Below, in pieces: positions 30,353 through 40,805 of a stretch of 64,000 nucleotides of DNA (position 1 is the stretch's first letter; each line of letters begins with the position of its first letter). The stretch is from a virus. The stretch lies in IMG/VR virus record IMGVR_UViG_3300023296_001674; one strand, 5' to 3'. The notes beneath the pieces were generated by a model, which was given only the letters and a program-made list of their open reading frames with translations, did no database searches and was not told the origin of the DNA. The position numbers and the translations under genes are program-made.

Positions 30353-32917
30353 TTAATCCAATTTATTTAATAGTTTAATTATATCTTGCTCTTTTGTAAG
30401 TGGGTCAATATGTCCAACTAAATGCTGTGTAAATTTGCCACCAGAAAAATTATTTTCAACCGTTGTTACTCTATATAATCCATTAAATCCGTTTTCTTTT
30501 CGACGTAAATTATATAATCCTGAGCCGCTATATGATTCATCACGACGTTCATTGCCGCCATCATCAATAGAAACTGGAAATTTAAACGATAATAATAATA
30601 ACGAATCAGAACCAGTCAAGTCAATATATCCTTGTGATTGTGTTAATCGTTTATTTATGTTTGGCTCACCCAACCAATATGGATCACCACGAATTTCTAA
30701 CGACAAATTTGTCATTTGACCTTTGAATCCATATATTTGGTTCATCGCGGATGAGAAAAATGCTCTATCAGGATCGTCAGTTCCTTCAATGTTGGTTTCA
30801 CCCGTTGCCGATGTTGGTGATATTTGTGCTCCAATATCATTTACTTCACTGTTTGTTTTTATCTCGACATTGAGGTCTGGGTCTATAATATCTTCGGCAA
30901 AAAATATTGATCCCGTATTATTTTTATTTTCAATTCTTCTTGCCGATGTATTACTTATAGATGATATATTACTGGTTGTTGTATTGTCATTATCAATGCT
31001 AATTCTTCTGAGTTTTTCTTCCGCGCCCCATTGGCTTGAATTTAATGTGGTTTGACTATCACTAAGCGCGACCTCGACTTCTAATTTTATTTTTCTGTCA
31101 ACTTCTGCCAGTCTTTCTGCTGTAGTTTTGATTAGTTCATCTGACGTCTGTATATCACCATCACCAAGGAATATGGATTTATCAGATTTTTGAATATCTT
31201 GCAATGTTGCAAGTTTTTTCTTAAGATCGTCCCTTGATTGAAGCAACGTGGTAGTAGCCGTTTCAGTGACTTGGCTATTTTTTGTGTTTACATTTCCATT
31301 TAAACTGGGTGAGGGATTTGCCGATCTTCCTTGACCTTTAAATAACGGCAAACTGACAAACCATGCCGAGTTTAATTCTACTTTATAATCCAATACTTCA
31401 GTGTTTTCACCCGTAAACATATAATCATATTTCTTTATTAAATTAGAAATCTTTAATTTTGCAGTTAATAATTCTTCACTATTTTGAGTTGATTTTGATT
31501 TTATTATTTGATTTCTTGAAGAAATTGGAATAAATGTTTTATAATCCTTAATAATATATTCTATATCTATATTATATGCCCTTGCAATTTTATTGTAACT
31601 TGTTATCGTTACTTTTGGGTCGATAACAAAAGCAATTGACGGTTTTAATAAATCACGTTCGGTGTCGCCACTCAATCTTCTTCCTATTTCACCAAATAAT
31701 AATAACGACTGCCCTTCTTTGGTGCACCCAATGACTTGTTGTATTATCGTATCAATGGATGTTCCAGCTTTAAATGTTAGAACCCATTTAAGGTCTTTAT
31801 CAAAATCGTTATATGCCTGCGATTTTATATTAAAGCGGTCATCTTCGCGCAATTTCCATGTAGACATCGACGGGAAAGATACCGGATTGCGTTTAGAATC
31901 CCCCACATTAACAAGAGGATGATCTGGTAATGTTATTTTATAATTTCGCAAATTTTCGATTTTATCTTTGTCGAGATATGTGTCATATTTACTAAAACCA
32001 TTCACTACTTCAGTGAATTTTTCAAAAAACTCACCCACGGTAATTGCTTCAATTTTAATCATAGAATCCAATCTTCTCGCGGAGTCTTCTAAACTAGCTT
32101 CATTTTGAACTATGCATTCCAATGTATATTCCGTACCGCCTTTATTCATTTCAATATCAACTTTTGATGTGCGCAAACTCCAAGTTCGGGTTTGATTTTC
32201 TAATGTTACTGTATCACCACCTTCATATGAAGTATCACCACCAGGATTATATCCCTTAAATCTTAAATCTAACCACAATGGAACGCGTTTATGATCAAAT
32301 ACCCCAAGTTCTAGTGCAGATTCTCTCATAAAATCCAACATCGAAGAGCCGAATGGTTCAATTATTTTTATAGTAACACTAGTTGCAAAAGAATTTTTTG
32401 TTTTCAATGATGGAGATATTATAGTATCTATCGACACGTCAGTTATATATAAACCTGTTGATCCAGTTTCAGCAAGAATTATTATATTTTCTTGCGGTAT
32501 GGTTTCAATTGTGGCTCTTTCTGTTGTCATAAATAATCTGAAATTATATGTCATATTATCATATTCAGAAAGAACATTTGGTTTTATTTTCTCTGCCAAT
32601 GGATATGGCTCAAATGGCATAGATGTGCCATTATTTAGAGCTTTAAAATTATCCACTGGTACCTTGTTAGTAAATCTAAAATCATCAACGGGCGCAGGTG
32701 CTGCCCCTATAGAATTAAAACTATCCACTGGGGCAGATGCCGCACCAACAGAATTAAAGTTATCAACGGGTGCGGGTGCTGCTCCTATAGAATTAAAGTT
32801 ATCAACGGGTGCGGGTGCTGCTCCTATAGAATTAAATTCATCAACAGGTGCAGATGCAGCACCAATAGAACTAAAATTTTCAACCGAGGCTGCGCCATTA
32901 TCTGATGTATTACCCAT
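30353..32917 (-). CDS. Baseplate hub-like protein (gp27/gpD-like) with N-terminal tandem repeats
   Basis: Between gp53 and gp5; LEIRGDPYWL and GLYRVTTVENNFSGGKFTQ motifs. Confidence 0.65.
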   Translation of the reverse strand: MGNTSDNGAASVENFSSIGAASAPVDEFNSIGAAPAPVDNFNSIGAAPAPVDNFNSVGAASAPVDSFNSIGAAPAPVDDFRFTNKVPVDNFKALNNGTSMPFEPYPLAEKIKPNVLSEYDNMTYNFRLFMTTERATIETIPQENIIILAETGSTGLYITDVSIDTIISPSLKTKNSFATSVTIKIIEPFGSSMLDFMRESALELGVFDHKRVPLWLDLRFKGYNPGGDTSYEGGDTVTLENQTRTWSLRTSKVDIEMNKGGTEYTLECIVQNEASLEDSARRLDSMIKIEAITVGEFFEKFTEVVNGFSKYDTYLDKDKIENLRNYKITLPDHPLVNVGDSKRNPVSFPSMSTWKLREDDRFNIKSQAYNDFDKDLKWVLTFKAGTSIDTIIQQVIGCTKEGQSLLLFGEIGRRLSGDTERDLLKPSIAFVIDPKVTITSYNKIARAYNIDIEYIIKDYKTFIPISSRNQIIKSKSTQNSEELLTAKLKISNLIKKYDYMFTGENTEVLDYKVELNSAWFVSLPLFKGQGRSANPSPSLNGNVNTKNSQVTETATTTLLQSRDDLKKKLATLQDIQKSDKSIFLGDGDIQTSDELIKTTAERLAEVDRKIKLEVEVALSDSQTTLNSSQWGAEEKLRRISIDNDNTTTSNISSISNTSARRIENKNNTGSIFFAEDIIDPDLNVEIKTNSEVNDIGAQISPTSATGETNIEGTDDPDRAFFSSAMNQIYGFKGQMTNLSLEIRGDPYWLGEPNINKRLTQSQGYIDLTGSDSLLLLSFKFPVSIDDGGNERRDESYSGSGLYNLRRKENGFNGLYRVTTVENNFSGGKFTQHLVGHIDPLTKEQDIIKLLNKLD
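32678..32872 (-). repeat. Five 39-bp coding tandem repeats (NSIGAAPAPVDNF)
   Basis: Near-identical units start at 32762 and 32801; 13-aa period in the protein. Confidence 0.9.
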
Positions 32918-32918
32918 A

Positions 32919-33242
32919 TTACATTCCTAATAAACTAAAAATACGCTGTTTTGATGGTACATATAAATTCAATCCTGCCACTAATCCATATATAGGATCA
33001 ATTAATTGGTCTGGGTTTCTTATTATAAATATCCACCATAAATCTGGTGTTCCATATAAATTATTGCTTAATAAATCAGGACGTTCGTGAAATTTTGTGC
33101 TTACTTCTATGCCTTCATCGCCATCATCCGCCGTAACATCACGAAATTCCATATATCTCATATACTGAACTAGATCATTTGCTTGTGGTGTTTTAAAATA
33201 CGGAGAAGAATTTTTATATATAGTTGTTGGCATTATATCCAC
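32919..33242 (-). CDS. gp53: Baseplate wedge protein (gp53-like, LysM-type; likely start at 33233)
   Basis: ERPDLLSNNLYGTPDLWWIF..RN. Confidence 0.8.
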   Translation of the reverse strand: MDIMPTTIYKNSSPYFKTPQANDLVQYMRYMEFRDVTADDGDEGIEVSTKFHERPDLLSNNLYGTPDLWWIFIIRNPDQLIDPIYGLVAGLNLYVPSKQRIFSLLGM

Positions 33243-34000
33243 CCACCCTTTTTGATTAATTTACCAGTTCTAAAATCATTAAGATTGAAATTTCTTCTCC
33301 ATCTATTTGGTGAGTTTTGAACCGTCATATTAACAGTAATATTAAATTTGGTTGGTATCCAAGCATCATATGGTTGCGAACTTACCGTTCCGTTAAAACT
33401 ATCAACTTCTGTTGCTACATCGGTATTAACAATTGAACTGTTTATAGCCGATGATCCATTAACCTCAACATAATCAACATCTTGTGGCAGTTCTATCGAA
33501 TAACTAGTTACGATAACTGGAACATTATGAAACATTGCGGTACCATGTGCATTGAATAATAACACAGGTGGCGGTGTGCCGCGCAAATTTTTAGATTCTT
33601 GATCCAATCCACCAATTCCAAAAAACATTTTAGTAATAGTTCTCAAAAAATGTATAGCAGCTAAACAATATAATGCTTCATCTTGATTCATTGCAGTAAA
33701 CTGACCAGAACACATTATTTCTTTTGGTGCTACCGACTTGAATGCCATAAATGGCTGATTGCTATGAACAGGATCATATGAATCATATTGAACTGATGTC
33801 ACATCATTAATAATGGGTGTATAAGGCCACAACAATCCACCCGTTTGATATAATGGTCGCAATATGTTTTCATTATCGCTTAATGATCCATATATTTTAT
33901 CACGAACGCCGGGCTTTGCTGATAGCCTTGCGCGTTTATCACCAAATGATCCAGCACCAGATTGCTGTCCACCTATTGGGGTTTTTTGAATATCCACCAT
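33233..34000 (-). CDS. Tail tube initiator/baseplate protein (gp48/gp54-like)
   Basis: WPYTP, HFLRTITKM, GTPPPVLLFN..G, NVPVIVTSYSIELP.DVDY. Confidence 0.7.
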   Translation of the reverse strand: MVDIQKTPIGGQQSGAGSFGDKRARLSAKPGVRDKIYGSLSDNENILRPLYQTGGLLWPYTPIINDVTSVQYDSYDPVHSNQPFMAFKSVAPKEIMCSGQFTAMNQDEALYCLAAIHFLRTITKMFFGIGGLDQESKNLRGTPPPVLLFNAHGTAMFHNVPVIVTSYSIELPQDVDYVEVNGSSAINSSIVNTDVATEVDSFNGTVSSQPYDAWIPTKFNITVNMTVQNSPNRWRRNFNLNDFRTGKLIKKGGWI

Positions 34001-34069
34001 TGTATTGCTCCATTAATAATATAACAATTATATTTATTTTATAAAATAAAACCTATTATAATAAAACAC

Positions 34070-34134
34070 TTGACTTTTGCTGAAATGCTATTATAATAAA
34101 AGTATTTGACTTTTTTTCAACAAAATGATATAAT
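34070..34134 (+). promoter_or_regulatory. Tandem sigma70-type promoters upstream of the late sigma gene
   Basis: TTGACT-N16-TATAAT (34070-34097) and TTGACT-N17-TATAAT with extended TG (34106-34134). Confidence 0.8.
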
Positions 34135-34179
34135 GTTAATTAAATCAACTATTTACCTTTTATATAGGAATATATACCC

Positions 34180-35229
34180 ATGAAAAGAACCACAAATGTA
34201 TATCTAACAAATAAAGAATTATTATCTGAAATACATATATCGAAAATGACCTACACCACAATAGATGATCCAAAATATTACATGTATGATACAATCGTGT
34301 ATGATTTAGATGTATTTATGGATGACGAAGTATGCACATATCATTATGGAACATGGGAAGTGGTGTATATACCCAAACCTAAAACCAAAGATAAAAATAA
34401 AAAGGAAATAGTCGAAGAAGAAATACCAGAAATATTAACTGAAGAAAAATCAAATTTGTGGGCATTTATGAAACATAAAGACGCTCCACATAGAACAATT
34501 ATATCAACAAAACTTCTTAAACCAAAAACTTCCGAAGAATTTATATATGAAGTGAAGCAATCAAAGGCTAAAAAATATAACAAAAAAACTGGTATAATAC
34601 CCAAATTACACGCTGATGATATTTTAACCGGTGATTTGAATATACGATACATGACATATGAGCATATACCATTAGATGAAAATTGGGATGATGAAAAAAT
34701 AAAAAAGAAAGCATCTGATGGATATACAAAACTCAACTTTCCACCATTTAAACTTTATGTGCTTGAGAATGGTGTGCCTAGATGTGTTGGATTAAGTCAT
34801 CATATAGATGATAAGTTCAACCACGAAGACGGGAGAACAACTGAAATGTTAGGTCAAATGTATATGAAACTGGTTGAAAAAATAGGCAAAAAAGGTTCAT
34901 TTAGAAATTATACATACCTCGATGAAATGAAAGCATCAGCATTGGTGCAGTTATCACAAGTTGGATTACTATTCGATGAAGGTAGAAGCCAGAACCCAAA
35001 TCCATTCGCATTTTATACAACTGTTGTCACAAACGTATTCAAACGCATATTAAACAATGAAAAGAAAGTTCGAGATATACGCGATGATTTAATTGAGCAA
35101 GCAGGGCATACTCCTAGCCACTCGCGCCAATCTGAAACCGAATGGGAAAATTATAAAGAGCGATATAATGATAATGACTCAACTTTAATCAAGCAACGCC
35201 GTGAATCGAGAAATAAAAATTTGACATAA
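34180..35229 (+). CDS. gp55: Late transcription sigma factor (gp55-like)
   Basis: YLTNKELL.EI N-terminus; FRNYTYLDEM, FDE.RSQNPNPFAFYT...F.RIL..EKK. Confidence 0.85.
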   Translation: MKRTTNVYLTNKELLSEIHISKMTYTTIDDPKYYMYDTIVYDLDVFMDDEVCTYHYGTWEVVYIPKPKTKDKNKKEIVEEEIPEILTEEKSNLWAFMKHKDAPHRTIISTKLLKPKTSEEFIYEVKQSKAKKYNKKTGIIPKLHADDILTGDLNIRYMTYEHIPLDENWDDEKIKKKASDGYTKLNFPPFKLYVLENGVPRCVGLSHHIDDKFNHEDGRTTEMLGQMYMKLVEKIGKKGSFRNYTYLDEMKASALVQLSQVGLLFDEGRSQNPNPFAFYTTVVTNVFKRILNNEKKVRDIRDDLIEQAGHTPSHSRQSETEWENYKERYNDNDSTLIKQRRESRNKNLT

Positions 35230-35249
35230 CGAACAGCATTTACTATAAT
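35221..35249 (+). promoter_or_regulatory. Consensus sigma70 promoter
   Basis: TTGACA-N17-TATAAT. Confidence 0.85.
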
Positions 35250-35278
35250 AAATGAAAATAATACTATAGGAATACTTA

Positions 35279-36307
35279 ATGACAGATCAACTCTTTAAAA
35301 AAGTTGCTTGTTTCACCGATATTCATCTAGGACTTAAAGGCGACTCTGATCAACATCTAGAGGATTGCGCCAATTTTATAACATGGTTCATAGATAAAGC
35401 AAAAGAAAATAATGCAGAAACTTGTATATTTCTTGGTGATTGGCATGACACACGGGCAAAAACAAGCAATAAAACAATGAATGCCAGTTTGAAGAATATC
35501 GAACGACTTGCGGCGGCATTTGATAATTTTTACTTTATAACTGGTAATCATGATTTATTTTATCGTGATAATCGTGAAATAAACTCAGTGGAATTTAGCA
35601 AACTAATCGACAATGTAACAATTATATCTGAACCATTTTTACAGGGTGATGTTTCTATAATGCCTTGGCTTAACGGCGAAGAATGGAAAGATGTTAAAAA
35701 AATAAAAAGCAAATATATGTTTGGGCATTTTGAATTACCTGGCTTTCTCATGAATGCGATGGTAAGAATGCCCGATTCCGGTAATATACATGGTGATCAT
35801 TTCAAACACCAAGATTATGTGTTTAGTGGTCATTTCCATAAAAGACAAAATCAAGGAAAGATTCATTATATAGGTAACACATTTCCACATAATTTTTCAG
35901 ATATAAATGATGACGAACGTGGTATGATGCTCCTCGAATGGGGCGGAAAACCAGAATTTTTAGAATGGTCAGAAGCACCTAATTATAGAAAACTCACATT
36001 AACGCAATTACTTGAAGAACCAGAAAAATGGATTGATAACCGTTCATATGTTAGGGTTGAAATGGATGTAACACCCACATTCGAAGAAATTGTGTACATT
36101 AAAGAAGAAATTAACAATGAATTTAATCCTCGTGAATTGAGTTTAATTTCATTAGCGAATGATGAAGTATTATTAGATTTCGATGGCGATATAAACTTTG
36201 AATCCGTTGATGCGGTTGTCCTTACGCATATTGATGCAATTGATAGTGTTAACATAGATTCTGATTTTCTTAAAACAATTTATATGGGTCTAAACGATGC
36301 AGAATAA
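35279..36307 (+). CDS. gp47: Recombination endonuclease subunit (Mre11/SbcD-like)
   Basis: DIH, GD, GNHD, GHF and SGHFH metallophosphoesterase motifs. Confidence 0.93.
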   Translation: MTDQLFKKVACFTDIHLGLKGDSDQHLEDCANFITWFIDKAKENNAETCIFLGDWHDTRAKTSNKTMNASLKNIERLAAAFDNFYFITGNHDLFYRDNREINSVEFSKLIDNVTIISEPFLQGDVSIMPWLNGEEWKDVKKIKSKYMFGHFELPGFLMNAMVRMPDSGNIHGDHFKHQDYVFSGHFHKRQNQGKIHYIGNTFPHNFSDINDDERGMMLLEWGGKPEFLEWSEAPNYRKLTLTQLLEEPEKWIDNRSYVRVEMDVTPTFEEIVYIKEEINNEFNPRELSLISLANDEVLLDFDGDINFESVDAVVLTHIDAIDSVNIDSDFLKTIYMGLNDAE

Positions 36308-36322
36308 AAAGGAGTATATAAT

Positions 36323-36832
36323 ATGAAAGTTATAAATTTATTCGGTGGGCCATGTACTGGAAAATCTACCATTGCAGCCGGTCTTTTTCATGAAATGAAA
36401 ATGAAAGGATATAATATTGAATTAGTAACAGAATATGCAAAGGATATGACGTGGGAAGAGCGTGGTAACATCCTTGCTGACCCGTTATATATTCTAGCAA
36501 AACAACATCGTAGAATATCAAGGCTGAAAGGCAAGGTTGATTATATTATAACCGATTCCCCATTGCTGTTAGGATTAGCATATATAAGTGATGATTATTA
36601 TAAAAATTGCAAGCCATTATTGCTTGAGATATTTTCATCATATGACAATTATAATTTCATGCTAACACGTCCTGAAACATATAGCGAAATAGGAAGAAAT
36701 CAAACGTTAGAAGAGGCAAAACTAATCGACGACGCTGTTACAAATGTATTAACCGACAACGACGTCGATTATAAACAACTTCCAGTTCCTATGAGTAAAA
36801 TATTGTCAATAGTATTAAGTGAGACAACATAA
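36323..36832 (+). CDS. P-loop kinase/ATPase (AAA_28/NadR-like)
   Basis: GGPCTGKST Walker A; EYAK; ITDSPLL; GRNQ. Confidence 0.8.
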   Translation: MKVINLFGGPCTGKSTIAAGLFHEMKMKGYNIELVTEYAKDMTWEERGNILADPLYILAKQHRRISRLKGKVDYIITDSPLLLGLAYISDDYYKNCKPLLLEIFSSYDNYNFMLTRPETYSEIGRNQTLEEAKLIDDAVTNVLTDNDVDYKQLPVPMSKILSIVLSETT

Positions 36833-38809
36833 ATGCTAAAAATTAAAAATATTACAATAAAAAACTTCATGTCGGTGGGTTCTGTTACTAAATCCATTAC
36901 ACTTGATGAAAATGATTTAACACTGATTTTAGGTGATAACATCGATCAAGGGTCAGATGGAAGTAGAAACGGTGTTGGAAAGTCTGTTATAGTGGATGCA
37001 TTATCGTATGCATTATATAATGCGCCAGTTCGTAGAATATCATTACCAAAACTTATTAACAAAATTAATGACAAAAATATGATTGTTACGGTTGATTTTG
37101 AAAGAGATGACCAACAATACAGAATAGAACGTGGTAAAAAACCAGAAATATTCAAATTTTTTGTTAATGGTATAGATATTGAAAAACCAATCGACAAAAA
37201 AGATAAAGCGGAAGGCGAGAAAAAGAATACACAAGTGGAAATAGTGAAAATCTTTGGTATGTCGCACTTATTATTCAAGCATATTCTTGCATTGTATAGC
37301 AAAACTATTCCATTCATAGATGAAGGATCAGCAGTTCAACGAACAATTATCGAAGAATTATTGGGTATAACGCAATTAAGTGAAAAAGCGGCTATTTTAA
37401 GTAGCAACATGAAAGATACAAAAACTGAAATAGACCGTGAAGAATTTAGACATAAACTTGTAAATGATTCAAATATACAAATACAACAAAACATCAATCA
37501 ATTTACAATCAAATCAACCGGATGGGATACTACCCATGCAGAAAGTTTAGCTAAATTTGAAAAAAATCTAGAAAAAATGCTTGAAATTGATATAGATGTA
37601 GAAATTCAAAAACATCTTGATAATGAAGAACGACAAAATAAAATCAAAACTATAACTGAATCCAATCGTGATAAACAATTGGTTATAGATGAACAAAATC
37701 GTGATATACAAAAAAAGCATGATGACAATAAACGCGAACAAACCGATCTACATAGCCAAATGACGCGTGACTATAACGAAGTTGTGGGTATATTATCAAC
37801 GACTGAAAAGACGCTTGTTGATATTACATCCTCTGAAAAAACACTTATATCTAATAATGAGCATCTTGTAAAACATGCATGTCCAGAATGTGGTCAAGAT
37901 ATACATGACGACAAACACGATGATATGGTTAAGAAAAACGAAAACGAAATCGAACTTATATCATCTAAAAAAGACGTATGTGTAAATGATATAACTGCGA
38001 TAAAATCGATTATAGTAGAAAAAGAAACATTAGTTCGAGAACAATTGGCATTAATTGATGGCATAACTGCGCCAGTTCTAATGGAAAACGACGAGATGGA
38101 ACCGGTGCCGGTATTAGAACGACCTAACTTAAATTATGATACAATACACGAAGCATATGAACATAAAACTAATTTTGATAATTTGGTGACCACATATGAA
38201 AAAGAAGTAACCAATGAAAATCCATATATTGAACAAATCCAAACTATAACTGATAGCATTAAAGAAATCGATTACGAAATGATTAATGAATTGGTTAATT
38301 TATATAATCATCAAGATTTTCTATTAAAATTGCTAACTCGCAAAGATTCTAATATAAGAATACAGATAATAGAACAAAATTTGACATTCTTGAATAGTCG
38401 GCTTGATCATTATTGCAAAGAACTTGGTTTACCACATCAAGTATATTTCGGCGGAGACTTGAATGTTGATATTATAAAAACTGGTAATTCATATGATGCT
38501 GGTAATTTATCTGGTGGTGAAGTAACCAGATTGGTGTTGGCTTTCAGTTTTGCGTTCAGAGATGTACACGAAGCTTTAAATTTTCCAGTAAATATTATGT
38601 TCGTGGATGAATTAATAGATTCTGGAATGGATTCAAAAGGTGCGGAACTGGCATTGCATATTTTAAAAAATATATCAAGAAATAATAATAAAAATATATA
38701 CTTGATAAGCCATCGTGAAGATTTTATACCACGTGTATCCAATGTTCTTATGGTTACTTTCAACAATAATTTCACTGATTATAATTACGAAATAGACGTT
38801 CAGCCTTAA
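36833..38809 (+). CDS. gp46: Recombination ATPase (Rad50/SbcC-like)
   Basis: NGVGKS Walker A, CPEC zinc hook, LSGGE signature, FVDE Walker B, ISH. Confidence 0.94.
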   Translation: MLKIKNITIKNFMSVGSVTKSITLDENDLTLILGDNIDQGSDGSRNGVGKSVIVDALSYALYNAPVRRISLPKLINKINDKNMIVTVDFERDDQQYRIERGKKPEIFKFFVNGIDIEKPIDKKDKAEGEKKNTQVEIVKIFGMSHLLFKHILALYSKTIPFIDEGSAVQRTIIEELLGITQLSEKAAILSSNMKDTKTEIDREEFRHKLVNDSNIQIQQNINQFTIKSTGWDTTHAESLAKFEKNLEKMLEIDIDVEIQKHLDNEERQNKIKTITESNRDKQLVIDEQNRDIQKKHDDNKREQTDLHSQMTRDYNEVVGILSTTEKTLVDITSSEKTLISNNEHLVKHACPECGQDIHDDKHDDMVKKNENEIELISSKKDVCVNDITAIKSIIVEKETLVREQLALIDGITAPVLMENDEMEPVPVLERPNLNYDTIHEAYEHKTNFDNLVTTYEKEVTNENPYIEQIQTITDSIKEIDYEMINELVNLYNHQDFLLKLLTRKDSNIRIQIIEQNLTFLNSRLDHYCKELGLPHQVYFGGDLNVDIIKTGNSYDAGNLSGGEVTRLVLAFSFAFRDVHEALNFPVNIMFVDELIDSGMDSKGAELALHILKNISRNNNKNIYLISHREDFIPRVSNVLMVTFNNNFTDYNYEIDVQP

Positions 38810-38837
38810 TTAATAAAACAAATATATAGGATTAAAT

Positions 38838-39242
38838 ATGGTAAGTGGTAGAAAATCAACAAAAGAAGAAATTATAATTTTATTCGAAAGTATACATGGA
38901 AACAAATATGATTATTCAAAAATTGATTATATAGGATCACATAATAAAATAGAAATTATTTGTAAAAAACATGGTTCATTTTTACAAAGCCCTAATAATC
39001 ATTCACATGGTAGCGGATGTCCAACCTGTGGGGCGACTAAAACTTTTGATAATTTTTTAAAAGATGCTAGAAATAAACACGGTAATAAGTATGACTATTC
39101 TAAAGTTGTATATATCAATGCACACACAAAAGTGGAAATAATATGCCCAAAACATGGATCATTTTTTCAAATACCAAATAGTCATATAAGATATGATTGT
39201 ATCAAATGCGGTCATGATAAAAATAGAAAAAATGATAAATAG
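38838..39242 (+). CDS. DUF723-type zinc-binding repeat protein (homing endonuclease DNA-binding module with no nuclease domain)
   Basis: Two HGNKYDYSK..Y...K.EIIC.KHG.F.Q.P..H...C..C repeats. Confidence 0.8.
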   Translation: MVSGRKSTKEEIIILFESIHGNKYDYSKIDYIGSHNKIEIICKKHGSFLQSPNNHSHGSGCPTCGATKTFDNFLKDARNKHGNKYDYSKVVYINAHTKVEIICPKHGSFFQIPNSHIRYDCIKCGHDKNRKNDK

Positions 39243-39272
39243 ATATAGCAACTGCTTATAAGGATAATTATT

Positions 39273-40130
39273 ATGTCTGATAACATATATTATGTCTATG
39301 CATTAATAGACCCAAGAAACAATAAACCATTTTATATCGGTAAAGGGAAAGAAAAAAGATGTTTCACGCATCTATCTGAAAATAAAGAACGCACCGATAA
39401 TATATATAAATGGAACACTATTCAAAAAATATATAAATTGGGGTTAGAACCAACTATTAAATTTTTTGAACGTGATATAAGCGAAAATGATGCTTATGAT
39501 ATCGAGGAAGAATTAATTAAACATTATGGACGGAAAAGATTTGATAAAAATGGAATTTTAACAAATTTATGTTTGGGTGCTCGACCTCCAGTTAACAATA
39601 GAGGATGTGTGGCGATATCTGGTTTATCATTTGATGAATATTATGGAAAAGAAAAAGCAGATAAAATAAGAAAGAAAATGAGTGATAGCGTAAAAGGTGA
39701 GAAAAACAGATTTTATGGAAAAACACATACAATAACAAATAAATTAAAATTCGCAACGAATGCAAGCAAACAATGGAAAGGAGTGTCAAAAACAGAAAGT
39801 CATTTAAAAAATTTAAAAAAAACTTATACACCAAAACGCCGAGAAAAATTACGTCAAAATCGCATCATAATGAATAAAAAATTAAACACTCCTGAAATGA
39901 TAGATAAATTACGATTGCGCAATATTAACCATGGTCGTGAAAAAACCAAACAAACAATTATCAACAATTTAATATTTTATCAAAATACAATCAATGATTT
40001 AAATAATGGATTAACCCCGAAAGATATAAAACATAAAAATAATTTTTCACATTCTGTATATTCTAAAATCTGGATGATAAATAAAAATATAACCTATTAT
40101 AATGATTTAATAGATGAAATAAATGGATGA
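39273..40130 (+). mobile_element. Free-standing GIY-YIG homing endonuclease with NUMOD3-like motif
   Basis: YVYALIDPRNNKPFYIGKG..R...H, E..LI..YGR, LTN; KGEKNRFYGKTH. Confidence 0.85.
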
Positions 40131-40135
40131 AATAA

Positions 40136-40750
40136 ATGGCTGGAAGTAAATCTGCAAGATATGGAAAGAATTTTGAGTATGAGGTGCGTGATCTATTACG
40201 TGATGCAACCGGAATTACATCTTTTGAACGAACGCCACAATCGGGCGCATGGATTGGAAAATCCAATATATATAAAGCAAAAACTGCTCGTGCTGATATG
40301 GTTGACATAATGGCTGGCGATATTGTAACTCCTAAAGGATGGAGATGGGTGATAGAAAATAAAAATCATGAAGACATAAGTGTCCATCAACTATATTTCG
40401 GCGAAGAATGTAAACAAATAGACGAATTCTTAGGACAAATATGCGATGATGCCATAACTACCAATAAAGAACCGCTATTAATATTTAAATTAAGGAAGAA
40501 ACCATATTCATTTAAGAAAAAATTTACAGATTTATTAAAATCAGCAAAAATACCAACACCTAAAGTAAATTCAATAACAACTGGTATCATGGTAGCCGAA
40601 ATAGCCGAACATTGTGAGGATATATCAAAAATAAACCATATATTCTATACAAAAAAATTAGAAGATGGAACTGAACAATCATGGAGATTTTTCGATTTTG
40701 CTACATGGTTAACGGTAATAAAAGATAGACAATTCAAAGAACAAAAATAA
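40136..40750 (+). CDS. Holliday junction resolvase-like PD-(D/E)xK nuclease
   Basis: GKNFEYEV, RTPQSGA, GDIV.P, IENK, PLLIFK. Confidence 0.75.
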   Translation: MAGSKSARYGKNFEYEVRDLLRDATGITSFERTPQSGAWIGKSNIYKAKTARADMVDIMAGDIVTPKGWRWVIENKNHEDISVHQLYFGEECKQIDEFLGQICDDAITTNKEPLLIFKLRKKPYSFKKKFTDLLKSAKIPTPKVNSITTGIMVAEIAEHCEDISKINHIFYTKKLEDGTEQSWRFFDFATWLTVIKDRQFKEQK

Positions 40751-40752
40751 TA

Positions 40753-40781
40753 TTGACAAGTATTACAATATTATATATTAT
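40753..40781 (+). promoter_or_regulatory. Sigma70-type promoter
   Basis: TTGACA-N17-TATTAT directly upstream of the ORF at 40806. Confidence 0.7.
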
Positions 40782-40805
40782 AAACAAAATTAACAAGGTC
40801 ATTAA

